Part shown: in pieces, positions 1 through 9,294 of the stretch
Position numbering within the stretch: position 1 is the first letter of the stretch
Layout: each line of letters opens with the position of its first letter
From: Dehalococcoidia bacterium
GTDB lineage: Bacteria; Chloroflexota; Dehalococcoidia; Lucifugimonadales; UBA3495
Direction of reading: 5' to 3'
Assembly (NCBI GenBank): GCA_965207025.1
Contig: OZ242258.1
Location: 858,841-922,840 of the forward strand
Length of the DNA stretch: 64,000 nucleotides
Notes under the pieces: generated by a model
Databases searched by the model: none
What the model saw: the letters and a program-made list of their open reading frames with translations, nothing else
What the model was told of the DNA's origin: nothing
Program-made: the position numbers and the translations under genes

Positions 1-238
1 GGAACCCGGTTCAATCGTTTGCGCTTTATCTGCTGATTAGTGAAAGGAAGCAAGAAAGTTTGTGTTTGTTTCCGGCAAATTTGCCGGGGACAGCGGATTT
101 TCTCAGGGAACCTGCGCTCTGACTCCGGGAGCCCATAGGGGCTTCGACCAGACGAGCCGAAGAGCAGGAACATCCACTGATTGACCTGGGAGTGAGCCGA
201 CTTGCACTCTGGGAGTGGTTATCGACTATAGGTCTCCC

Positions 239-1753
<1,515 letters not shown>

Positions 1754-1840
1754 AGAACCTTACTTCCTTTCACTATTCAGCTGTTAAAGTGCCTGCTCCC
1801 GCCGGAGGCTTTCAGCCGTCAACGACGATTGCGTTCGGGT

Positions 1841-1869
1841 ACTGTACTCCATCGTTCGTGCATTGTCAA
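1841..1869 (-). promoter_or_regulatory. putative sigma70-type promoter for the 16S gene
   Basis: On the minus strand: TTGACA (1869-1864), a 17 nt spacer, then TACAGT (1846-1841). It lies about 90 nt upstream of the mature 16S 5' end. Confidence 0.3.
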
Positions 1870-2064
1870 CACCATGTTCGCGCTCATCCTAGCGTATTTT
1901 CTTACCGACCGACTGTCGTTGCGCCTCCCAACCCGATGCCGAGCGCAATCTCATCCGCACGGCCAGCGTGGAGGTGGGCGCCAGCGTCCGATTCATCAAC
2001 GCTGAACAGATCTGAGGCATGGGCTATACTGTTCGCCGATCCTTCGGTCCATCAACGATTGATA

Positions 2065-2862
2065 ATGATTTCACAGTGCGTACAATGCGACGCTGCGCTA
2101 CTGCCGGGCGCAAAATTCTGCCCCAGCTGCGGTATGGAAGTGGAGTCCAGCTCCCGCATCGATTCGGCGCCGGCTTCCAGGTTTCCCGGTGCAAATGGAA
2201 CCGCCACGTGGGGCCTGGCCGCGCCGGCCCTTGGCGTAATGGCGTTGATCCCGTCCGCCATCCTGGTGTCTTTGCTTGGACTGGTGTTGCCCCTCAACGC
2301 TACGACAGCAATAGCGACCTTTTTACTCGGGATGGTGCAACTGGCGCTGGTTTGGTTGTTGACCACCCGCTCCTGGCCGGTGCAACCCGTTCTGTTTGGC
2401 TTGAAACGTCCGACCATCCCGTGGTGGCGGGCGCTGATTTCCGGCGCCTTCGTGCTCGGCGCCAGTTTGGGCGGGATTCAACTCTATTTGATGGCCGTCA
2501 ACTGGTTGGGCATGGCTTATCTGGTTCCACCCGATTTGCCTGAAGATCTGCTTCTGCCCGGCGCATCCGTTGTTTTTACCTTTGTGGCATTGGCGGTCAT
2601 AACGCCCATCGCGGAAGAAATTTTTTTCCGCGGATTCCTGATGAGAGGATTGGTCAACCGCTGGGGCGTAACGCCGGGAGTCATCGCCTCCGCGGTGGTA
2701 TTCGCCGGGCTCCACTTCCAGCCGCCGGTTCTGGTGCCGGTTTTCATAACCGGTCTCCTTCTCGGCTCCCTATATTGGCGAACCGGGTCGCTGTGGCCCG
2801 GAATTGTGGTTCATGCGGCCCAGAATCTCATCGCCACCTTGGGAATCATCCTGGGGTTGTAA
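2065..2862 (+). CDS. CPBP-family intramembrane metalloprotease with N-terminal zinc ribbon
   Basis: Starts MISQCVQCDAALLPGAKFCPSCG (CxxC...CxxC), followed by multiple hydrophobic segments and the CPBP motifs EEIFFRGF and HAAQN. The ORF-track start at 1567 runs into the rRNA, so the ATG at 2065 was chosen. Confidence 0.8.
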   Translation: MISQCVQCDAALLPGAKFCPSCGMEVESSSRIDSAPASRFPGANGTATWGLAAPALGVMALIPSAILVSLLGLVLPLNATTAIATFLLGMVQLALVWLLTTRSWPVQPVLFGLKRPTIPWWRALISGAFVLGASLGGIQLYLMAVNWLGMAYLVPPDLPEDLLLPGASVVFTFVALAVITPIAEEIFFRGFLMRGLVNRWGVTPGVIASAVVFAGLHFQPPVLVPVFITGLLLGSLYWRTGSLWPGIVVHAAQNLIATLGIILGL

Positions 2863-2913
2863 CATGGCCGGAGCCGCTGAATACTTGGGGTATAATTCCG
2901 CGCGCAATTCGGT

Positions 2914-3552
2914 ATGGAGCATTGGCAGATGGCCATTCAACACGATGTGGTTTGGCAAAACTTCGCCGTAACAACCTCCGATCGCGCGAAACTGCTGAAG
3001 CAGACGCCCTTTGTTATATGGTTCACGGGGCTGTCCGGGGCCGGAAAAACCACGCTGGCTAATCTGGTTGCCAGGCAGTTGCATGATTTGCGATATCACG
3101 CCTACGTTTTGGATGGCGACAATCTGCGGCATGGACTGAATCGCGACTTGGGGTTTACCGTGGAGGACCGGCAGGAAAACGTCCGGCGCATGGCCGAGGT
3201 TGCCAGGTTGGTTTGTGACTCCGGGCTCATTGCTCTGGCGGCCTGCATCTCTCCCTTTGCGGCGGAACGGGAATTTGCCCGCAGCCTGTTTCCCGACGGA
3301 CGATTCATAGAGGTATTCGTGGATGCTCCCCTGGAACTCTGCGAGCAACGCGACAACAAGGGCCTATATCGAAGGGCAAGGGCCGGCGACATTACCGATT
3401 TCACCGGCATTGACTCTCCCTTTGAGCGCCCGGTGAATCCGGAACTGGTCATGGATACCGATCGCCGGACTCCGATTGAGTGTATGGACGAAATCATGGC
3501 CTACCTGGCGGACAGGGAACTCGTCGCCGACTGGACAGCGCCCCAACCGTAG
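2914..3552 (+). CDS. cysC: adenylyl-sulfate (APS) kinase
   Basis: P-loop FTGLSGAGKTTLA, a DGDNLRHGLN block, and a length of about 210 aa, all typical of CysC. Confidence 0.9.
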   Translation: MEHWQMAIQHDVVWQNFAVTTSDRAKLLKQTPFVIWFTGLSGAGKTTLANLVARQLHDLRYHAYVLDGDNLRHGLNRDLGFTVEDRQENVRRMAEVARLVCDSGLIALAACISPFAAEREFARSLFPDGRFIEVFVDAPLELCEQRDNKGLYRRARAGDITDFTGIDSPFERPVNPELVMDTDRRTPIECMDEIMAYLADRELVADWTAPQP

Positions 3553-3593
3553 GCTAGATTGTTTCGCATTCCCAATTGTCATCTGGATGCCAC

Positions 3594-4409
3594 ATGGTTG
3601 CCGAAACTATCACCCACACTGACCGCATCGCCGCTAAATTCGCGGTGGCTAAAGCCGAAGGACGCCCCGCGTTGTTGATGTTTGTGACCGTTGGTCATCC
3701 CTACCGCGATGCTGCTATGGATATCGTGCCTCACCTCGTTGCCGCCGGCGCCGACGCGATTGAGCTGGGGATCCCCTTCAGCGATCCCATCGGAGAAGGC
3801 CTCGTGATTCAGGAGTCAAGTTTTGCGGCGCTACAGAACGGCGTCACGCCGCAGGATTGTCTCGACACCGCCCGGGCCCTTCGTCCGTTGATCGGCGACA
3901 CTCCGCTGATACTAATTGGCTACTACAACAGTTTGATTTCCTACGGCTTACGGCGCTTCGCGGCGGCGTGCGCGGATGCTACGGTCGATGGCCTGATTAT
4001 TCACGATCTGCCCGTCGGAGAGGCCGGCTCGTTGGTTGAGGAACTGGCCCCATACGGTATTCACCTGATTCCGCTGCTGGCGCCCACCAGCACCGACGAA
4101 AGTATTGCGCAAGCAGCCGAAATCGGCGGCGGTTTCGTCTATTGCATCAGCGTAACCGGCGTGACGGGTGTCCGGTCCCAGGTATCGAGTGAAGGCTTGG
4201 ACCTGGCTAGCCGAGTTCGTCAACACAGCGATTTGCCAGTCGCCATCGGGTTCGGCATCTCCAGCCGTGAACACGTTCTCGATGTGGGCCGGCGGGCTGA
4301 TGGGGCCGCCGTGGGTAGCGTCCTCGTGCGCGCCATTGCCGACGGGCCGCCGGAAGGCGCAGCCGCCCGCGGCGCCCGCGTGGTGGCCGAACTTGCGGGC
4401 CGCGACTAG
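3594..4409 (+). CDS. trpA: tryptophan synthase alpha chain
   Basis: ELGIPFSDPIGEGLVIQ and GFGIS motifs. The ATG at 3594 was preferred over the TTG at 3576. No trpB is adjacent. Confidence 0.88.
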   Translation: MVAETITHTDRIAAKFAVAKAEGRPALLMFVTVGHPYRDAAMDIVPHLVAAGADAIELGIPFSDPIGEGLVIQESSFAALQNGVTPQDCLDTARALRPLIGDTPLILIGYYNSLISYGLRRFAAACADATVDGLIIHDLPVGEAGSLVEELAPYGIHLIPLLAPTSTDESIAQAAEIGGGFVYCISVTGVTGVRSQVSSEGLDLASRVRQHSDLPVAIGFGISSREHVLDVGRRADGAAVGSVLVRAIADGPPEGAAARGARVVAELAGRD

Positions 4410-4474
4410 CGGCGGCAGCGGCGCTACTATTTCGAGCGTATTGTCGGATTGCGCAAAAAAGCCGGTTAATCCCG

Positions 4475-4503
4475 TTGACAACGGCCCGGGGGCGGCGTAG
4501 GAT
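4475..4503 (+). promoter_or_regulatory. sigma70-type promoter (TTGACA-17-TAGGAT)
   Basis: TTGACA at 4475-4480, an exact 17-nt spacer, and TAGGAT at 4498-4503. The predicted transcription start is about 4510-4512, on the ATG of the leader ORF. Confidence 0.5.
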
Positions 4504-4511
4504 TTGCAACG

Positions 4512-4616
4512 ATGGTTTCCGCAAACACACGTATCCGCTTCGGGTATTACTGCCCGTTCTATTTTTACGCTTACCGCCGCTCGGTCAGCGTGAATCCGGC
4601 GTGTGAGGCCCGATAA
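4512..4616 (+). CDS. putative Tyr/Phe-rich leader peptide (34 aa) of DAHP synthase
   Basis: Translated by hand as MVSANTRIRFGYYCPFYFYAYRRSVSVNPACEAR with stop TAA at 4614-4616. Codons 10-21 hold 3 Phe and 5 Tyr. The ORF is below the ORF-track size cut-off. Confidence 0.5.
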   Translation: MVSANTRIRFGYYCPFYFYAYRRSVSVNPACEAR

Positions 4617-4636
4617 CCTTCGTGAAAACCACTAAG

Positions 4637-4675
4637 AAAGGACTTCAGCCGGAGCAAGGCTGAAGTCCTTTTTTC
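4637..4675 (+). terminator. intrinsic terminator / attenuator hairpin
   Basis: AAAGGACTTCAGCC (4637-4650) pairs perfectly with GGCTGAAGTCCTTT (4658-4671) around a 7-nt loop, followed by extra Ts to 4675. It lies 50 nt upstream of the DAHP synthase ATG. Confidence 0.75.
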
Positions 4676-4724
4676 ATTAACAACCCAGTTGGCGCTGTCA
4701 AGCCCACCCACGCAGGAGGACAAT

Positions 4725-5798
4725 ATGGCAATCTCACCGGCCAAGGACGTAAATGTGATGAGCAACAACGCGTTGATTCGACCATCGGAACTGGAAGCTC
4801 GGATTCCATTGAGTTCCACCGCTGAGCAGACCGTTCTGGAAGGACGCCGTCAACTCGAAGCGGTACTCAATCGTGAGGACGAGCGTTTCGCGGTGATCGT
4901 AGGACCTTGCTCGATCCACGATCACAAGACGGCGCTGGATTACGCGGAGCGTCTCAAGCCCCTGGCTGATCGCCTGAGCGATCGCATCATGCTCGTGATG
5001 CGGGTCTATTTTGAAAAGCCTCGCACCACCGTGGGCTGGAAGGGCCTGATCTACGATCCCAACCTCAACGACACCTACGAGATCGAGGATGGTTTGCACC
5101 GCGCTCGCAAGTTGCTCATGGAAATCTCCGAGGCCGGACTCTATTCCGCCACCGAGTTTCTCGACCCGATCGTCCCCCAGTACGTCGCCGACCTGGTGAC
5201 CTGGGCGGCCATCGGGGCCCGCACGACGGAGAGTCAGATTCACCGTCAGATGGCGTCCGGCTTGTCCATGCCGGTGGGATTCAAGAACGGCACCGACGGC
5301 GACCCTCAAACCGCCGTGGACGCCCTGGTTGCCGCTGCCACACCGCAGGCGTTCCTCGGCATTGACCATGAGGGGCAGGCATCCATCGTGGAGACGCGGG
5401 GCAACAAGAACTGTCACCTGGTGATGCGCGGCGGGCGCAGCGGCACCAACTTCGACGCCCGCTCCATCGCCGTTGCCGAGGACGCTCTGCGCAAGGCCAA
5501 CGCGCCCCTCAACGTAGTAGTCGATTGCAGCCACGGCAACTCCAACAAGGACCACACCCGCCAGCGTATCGCCTTCGAGGACGTGGTTAGCCAGCGGATG
5601 GGGGGAAACGACAACCTGGTTGGCGCAATGCTGGAAAGCAACATCAATGCCGGCGCCCAGAAACTCGGACCCGACCCCTCCACCCTGGAGTACGGCGTTT
5701 CGATCACCGATTCCTGTATTGCCTGGGATGAAACGGTGGACCTGCTCGATTGGGCGTACGACCGGTTGGGACGGGAAGCAGCGGTCGCGGCAAACTAG
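4725..5798 (+). CDS. aroG: 3-deoxy-7-phosphoheptulonate (DAHP) synthase, class I; isozyme specificity unknown
   Basis: KPRTTVGWKGLIYDP, GARTTESQ.HR and DCSHGNS blocks. SD AGGAGG at 4714-4719 precedes the ATG at 4725. Confidence 0.9.
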   Translation: MAISPAKDVNVMSNNALIRPSELEARIPLSSTAEQTVLEGRRQLEAVLNREDERFAVIVGPCSIHDHKTALDYAERLKPLADRLSDRIMLVMRVYFEKPRTTVGWKGLIYDPNLNDTYEIEDGLHRARKLLMEISEAGLYSATEFLDPIVPQYVADLVTWAAIGARTTESQIHRQMASGLSMPVGFKNGTDGDPQTAVDALVAAATPQAFLGIDHEGQASIVETRGNKNCHLVMRGGRSGTNFDARSIAVAEDALRKANAPLNVVVDCSHGNSNKDHTRQRIAFEDVVSQRMGGNDNLVGAMLESNINAGAQKLGPDPSTLEYGVSITDSCIAWDETVDLLDWAYDRLGREAAVAAN

Positions 5799-5844
5799 CC
5801 GCCGGTTGCGGGGCGTTTGATGCGTCCTCTCCAGGCCTATTTTT

Positions 5845-5874
5845 CGGGGCGGGTGCAGAGCCCGCCCCGTTTGC
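5845..5874 (+). terminator. intrinsic terminator after DAHP synthase
   Basis: CGGGGCGGG (5845-5853) pairs with CCCGCCCCG (5861-5869), followed by TTTG. Confidence 0.55.
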
Positions 5875-5887
5875 TGTCGTGTTGCCG

Positions 5888-5896
5888 TGATATAAT
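5888..5896 (+). promoter_or_regulatory. extended -10 promoter (TGATATAAT)
   Basis: TG at 5888-5889 plus a perfect TATAAT at 5891-5896, about 75 nt upstream of the GNAT ATG. Confidence 0.4.
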
Positions 5897-5971
5897 CGCG
5901 TTATCCTCAAAAATAAGAGTTTCCGATGCGAGCCAATTGCCGATTGCGTTTTCAGATTGAGGAGGACTGCC

Positions 5972-6559
5972 ATGTTTCCACAGGTTAGTCTCACCACGGA
6001 TGTTTCGCGAGATGATGTTGGGCGGATTCGCGATTGGTTGCGCGATCCCGAAGTAAGCTCTCTCTGGTATGGAACTGACGATTCCGACGGTCACGCTCTC
6101 CACATCGGCTACGCCCCCGAGCGTGTTCAGGATGCCGCCGCTGATGAGTGGCGCCAGGTATTCAATCAGGACGAGCGGCGCATCTATTCGATCTACTCCA
6201 CCGAAGAAGCGCACATCGGCGAGGCGCAATTGCTGGTCGAATGGCCCCTGGAAGAAGCGCAACTGTTCATCCTTATTGGACGTAAGGACCTCTGGCACCA
6301 TCACTACGGAACGGCGGCGCTGGTGGCCATGCTGGACGAAGCCTTTGACAGCCTCGAGTTGCACCGCGTCTGGGTGGACGTGCCGGAGTATAACGAGCAC
6401 GCGCTGCAAATGTTCCGGCACTTGGGTTTCGTGCTTGAGGGCCACCTGCGTCGGACCCACCGCAAGGACGGCAACTGGTACGATTCCTTTGCCATGGGCC
6501 TGCTGACCGACGAGTACCATCGCCGGCGCAGTCGGGTCCTGGCTCAGTACGGCGCGTAG
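5972..6559 (+). CDS. GNAT family N-acetyltransferase
   Basis: The acetyl-CoA-binding region resembles RimJ/RimL-type GNATs (ILIGRKDLWHHHYGTAAL...HRVWVDVPEYNEHALQMFRHLGF). SD GAGGAGG sits just before the ATG at 5972. Confidence 0.75.
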   Translation: MFPQVSLTTDVSRDDVGRIRDWLRDPEVSSLWYGTDDSDGHALHIGYAPERVQDAAADEWRQVFNQDERRIYSIYSTEEAHIGEAQLLVEWPLEEAQLFILIGRKDLWHHHYGTAALVAMLDEAFDSLELHRVWVDVPEYNEHALQMFRHLGFVLEGHLRRTHRKDGNWYDSFAMGLLTDEYHRRRSRVLAQYGA

Positions 6560-6588
6560 CCAGAGGGCAGCGGGGTTGGAGGATAACT

Positions 6589-7296
6589 ATGCCGGTCATA
6601 ACCATCAACGGGGTCATTGGCAGCGGTACCCTTGAAATCGGGCACATGGTCGCACAGAATCTGGGAATCAACTACGTGGACCGCTACATCTTCTCTGAGG
6701 CGGCGCGCTTGGTCGGTTCCCCGATCGGCCAACTGATCGAAAAGGAACAGCGAGTAGTGCCCTTTCGCGAGAAGGTGGCGCGCTTCATGCAGGGCGTACT
6801 GGAGCGTTCCGCCGTGGCCGGCGCCGGCGCCGAACCGTATTTCGGACGCGGCATCGAGATGCTCCCCGCCGAAGCCTACACCGAGTTGGTTTCCGACGCG
6901 GCCGCCACGTCGCCGGTGCATGACCGAGCGTTCATCGAAGCGACCACCTCGGTGATCAAGGAACTCGCCGGCGGCGGCGACGTCGTCATAATCGGTCGCG
7001 GCGGAAACATGATCCTGGCCGACACTCCGGGCGTGATCCACGTTGGGTTGATCGCCCCGATGGATGTGCGTATCGACACCATGGCCAAGCGGGAAATGTT
7101 CTCCAGCGAAGAAGCCCGCGCCTATGCCGAGGATCTGGAAAACGCCCGGGTCACGTTCTATCGCAAATTCTTCCGGGTCAATGCCAATGACCCCACCAAA
7201 TTCCACCTGATGCTCAACATCGGGCGCATTTCCCAGAGCACCGCCGCCGAGATCATAGGGCACGCTGCCGAGGACATCGCAGGAGCCGCAACCTAG
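6589..7296 (+). CDS. cytidylate kinase-like family protein
   Basis: N-terminus ITINGVIGSGTLEIGHMVAQNLGINYVDR and a length of about 235 aa, typical of the cytidylate-kinase-like (AAA_17/CMK-like) family. SD GGAGG is upstream. Confidence 0.6.
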   Translation: MPVITINGVIGSGTLEIGHMVAQNLGINYVDRYIFSEAARLVGSPIGQLIEKEQRVVPFREKVARFMQGVLERSAVAGAGAEPYFGRGIEMLPAEAYTELVSDAAATSPVHDRAFIEATTSVIKELAGGGDVVIIGRGGNMILADTPGVIHVGLIAPMDVRIDTMAKREMFSSEEARAYAEDLENARVTFYRKFFRVNANDPTKFHLMLNIGRISQSTAAEIIGHAAEDIAGAAT

Positions 7297-7298
7297 CC

Positions 7299-8108
7299 GT
7301 GCTTCCAATCGCCGATGCGGGGCGTTTTCGCGGCACGTTTCCGTACGTCAACGTCGCCCTGCTCACCCTGAACTCCCTGGTTTTCCTCTACGAGATCGGG
7401 GTCGGTGGATTCGGGTTCCTCTTTGGCGGCAGCACCCTCGGCGTCACGGTGTTCTTCCTGAAGTTCGGCTTTATACCGGCTGAGTTGTCGTCAGGGCAGG
7501 GGTTCGAGATTTTGCCGCTGGGCCGGGGCGTTGACATCGCCTCGCCGATACCGACGTGGGCTACGTTGCTGTCATGTATGTTCATCCACGGCGGGCTGAT
7601 GCACTTCATCGGCAACATGCTGTTCCTGTGGGTGTTCGGCGACAACATTGAGGACACCTTCGGCCACGTCAAGTACCTGGTCTTCTACCTGGTGGCCGGA
7701 GTGTTGGCCACGCTGGCGCACTTCGCCATCGACCCGTCGTCCCAAACCCCGCTGGTGGGCGCCAGCGGCGCGATCTCCGGCGTGATGGGAGCCTACCTGC
7801 TCCTTTATCCACGGAACCGCATTCGGACGCTGATCATCTACTTCCTAATCACCGTGGTCGAACTGCGCGCCATCTGGCTGCTCCTGATCTGGTTCGGTCT
7901 TCAGACCATACAGGGATTGCTTTCCATCGGCGTGAGCGAGCAGGTTAGCACAGCGTTCTTCGCCCACATCGGCGGGTTCGTGGTGGGCGCAGGGGTGGGC
8001 TTGGTGGTGAGGATGTTCCGACGGCCGCCCGGCCCCGCCGGGTACGGTGGCGGGAGGGGAGGCTACGATCAGCCGGCGCAGTATTGGCGCGGGCGGCGGA
8101 TTGATTGA
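7299..8108 (+). CDS. rhomboid family intramembrane serine protease
   Basis: The catalytic GASGAISGVMGAY motif and a downstream AHIGGF motif, with at least 6 hydrophobic segments and a Gly/Arg-rich tail. Confidence 0.85.
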   Translation: MLPIADAGRFRGTFPYVNVALLTLNSLVFLYEIGVGGFGFLFGGSTLGVTVFFLKFGFIPAELSSGQGFEILPLGRGVDIASPIPTWATLLSCMFIHGGLMHFIGNMLFLWVFGDNIEDTFGHVKYLVFYLVAGVLATLAHFAIDPSSQTPLVGASGAISGVMGAYLLLYPRNRIRTLIIYFLITVVELRAIWLLLIWFGLQTIQGLLSIGVSEQVSTAFFAHIGGFVVGAGVGLVVRMFRRPPGPAGYGGGRGGYDQPAQYWRGRRID

Positions 8109-8161
8109 GCTGCCCGGATGCTTTACGATTTGGGATATCCGGGGATACAGCGGAGAGCCTT

Positions 8162-8440
8162 ATGGACGTGAAGGATGCTACCAATAAAGCTCGGGAGTAC
8201 GTAACCGCCGTATTCGCCGATGAAGAAATTACGCAACTCGGTCTCGAAGAGGTGATGTACGACGTGGCTTCCGAACAGTGGCGCATTACCTTCGGCTTTT
8301 CTCGGCCTTGGGACCAGCGAAATACTGTGGCTGTGAGGATGGGCCTGAAAACCCCTCGCGCCTATAAAGTAGTTCACGTCAACAACGACGGCAGCATCGC
8401 AGGGTTGACCGACCGCCTGTTGCCGGACTTGAAAGCTTGA
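8162..8440 (+). CDS. hypothetical small protein (92 aa), possible antitoxin-like partner of the downstream PIN-like gene
   Basis: ATG at 8162 preceded by GGAGAG. Its stop TGA (8438-8440) overlaps the next ATG (TGATG). No family was recognised. Confidence 0.5.
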   Translation: MDVKDATNKAREYVTAVFADEEITQLGLEEVMYDVASEQWRITFGFSRPWDQRNTVAVRMGLKTPRAYKVVHVNNDGSIAGLTDRLLPDLKA

Positions 8441-8898
8441 TGCCACTGCTCGGATACTTTGTCGACGCGAACCTGCTTATTTTGCTGGTGGTAGGCAGTG
8501 TTGACCCGCGCATTATCGCTAAGCACAGACGATTGGATGAATTTACCGCCGATGATTACGATTTTCTGCTCGTTGTGCTGAATGAAGTTCGCCATATCTT
8601 CGTGACCCCCAACACGCTCACCGAAGCCTCCAACCTGCTGCGACAACACGGAGAACCGGAACGCTCCCGCCTGATGGACCGCCTCGCGTATCTCATTGAG
8701 GAAAGCGACGAGGTAGTAGTCGCCAGCGCCGAGGCCGCCGCCAACCCCCACTTCGGTCAGTTGGGCCTTACCGATGCCGCGCTATTGGAATCCATCGGCC
8801 CCCAAACTCCCCTGCTGACCGTTGACCACGACTTGTACGTGGCCGCTCTGGCGACCGGGACGGACACGGCGGTGAATTTCCTGCATTTAATGGGGTAG
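8440..8898 (+). CDS. PIN-like domain protein (putative ribonuclease/toxin)
   Basis: Acidic residues sit in PIN-like positions: FVDANLL (N-terminus), LTEASN, LTDAALL and TVDHDL. Length is about 150 aa. Confidence 0.5.
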   Translation: MPLLGYFVDANLLILLVVGSVDPRIIAKHRRLDEFTADDYDFLLVVLNEVRHIFVTPNTLTEASNLLRQHGEPERSRLMDRLAYLIEESDEVVVASAEAAANPHFGQLGLTDAALLESIGPQTPLLTVDHDLYVAALATGTDTAVNFLHLMG

Positions 8899-8956
8899 CG
8901 TTGGTAGTTCGTAGCTATCTACAAGCCTTGATGAACCATCCGGATGGAGCATTACA

Positions 8957-9244
8957 ATGGAATGGGACACCCGTTTTGAAATGCAAATTTTGCAAGCAAT
9001 TGAATAACACCCGGGTCCGCGTAATTTTGGGCATTATGACTTGTCCAAAATTGTTGAGGATGATAGGTACGTTGAAGCTACCCTTTACGTCAAACGAATG
9101 TACGACGATGGACTGGTCACCGCCACTGACCCTCCAAAACTAACCCTACAAAGCCGAAGTTATGGGTCTATCTTGGGTGGTCTTACCCAGCAAGGGCGAA
9201 AACGCCTCAACAAACTGATGGAAATGCAGGACGCAGATCTTTAG
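8957..9244 (+). pseudogene. DUF2513-like gene interrupted by an in-frame TAA
   Basis: MEWDTRFEMQILQAIE, stop (TAA at 9005-9007), then in the same frame HPGPRNFGHYDLSKIVEDDRYVEATLYVKRMYDDGLV...GLTQQGRKRLNKL. Local G+C is lower than the flanks. Confidence 0.4.
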
Positions 9245-9294
9245 AGGCGAAGCAACGGTGGTAGGGTCTTGTCTTGAACACAAGGGATCAACGC

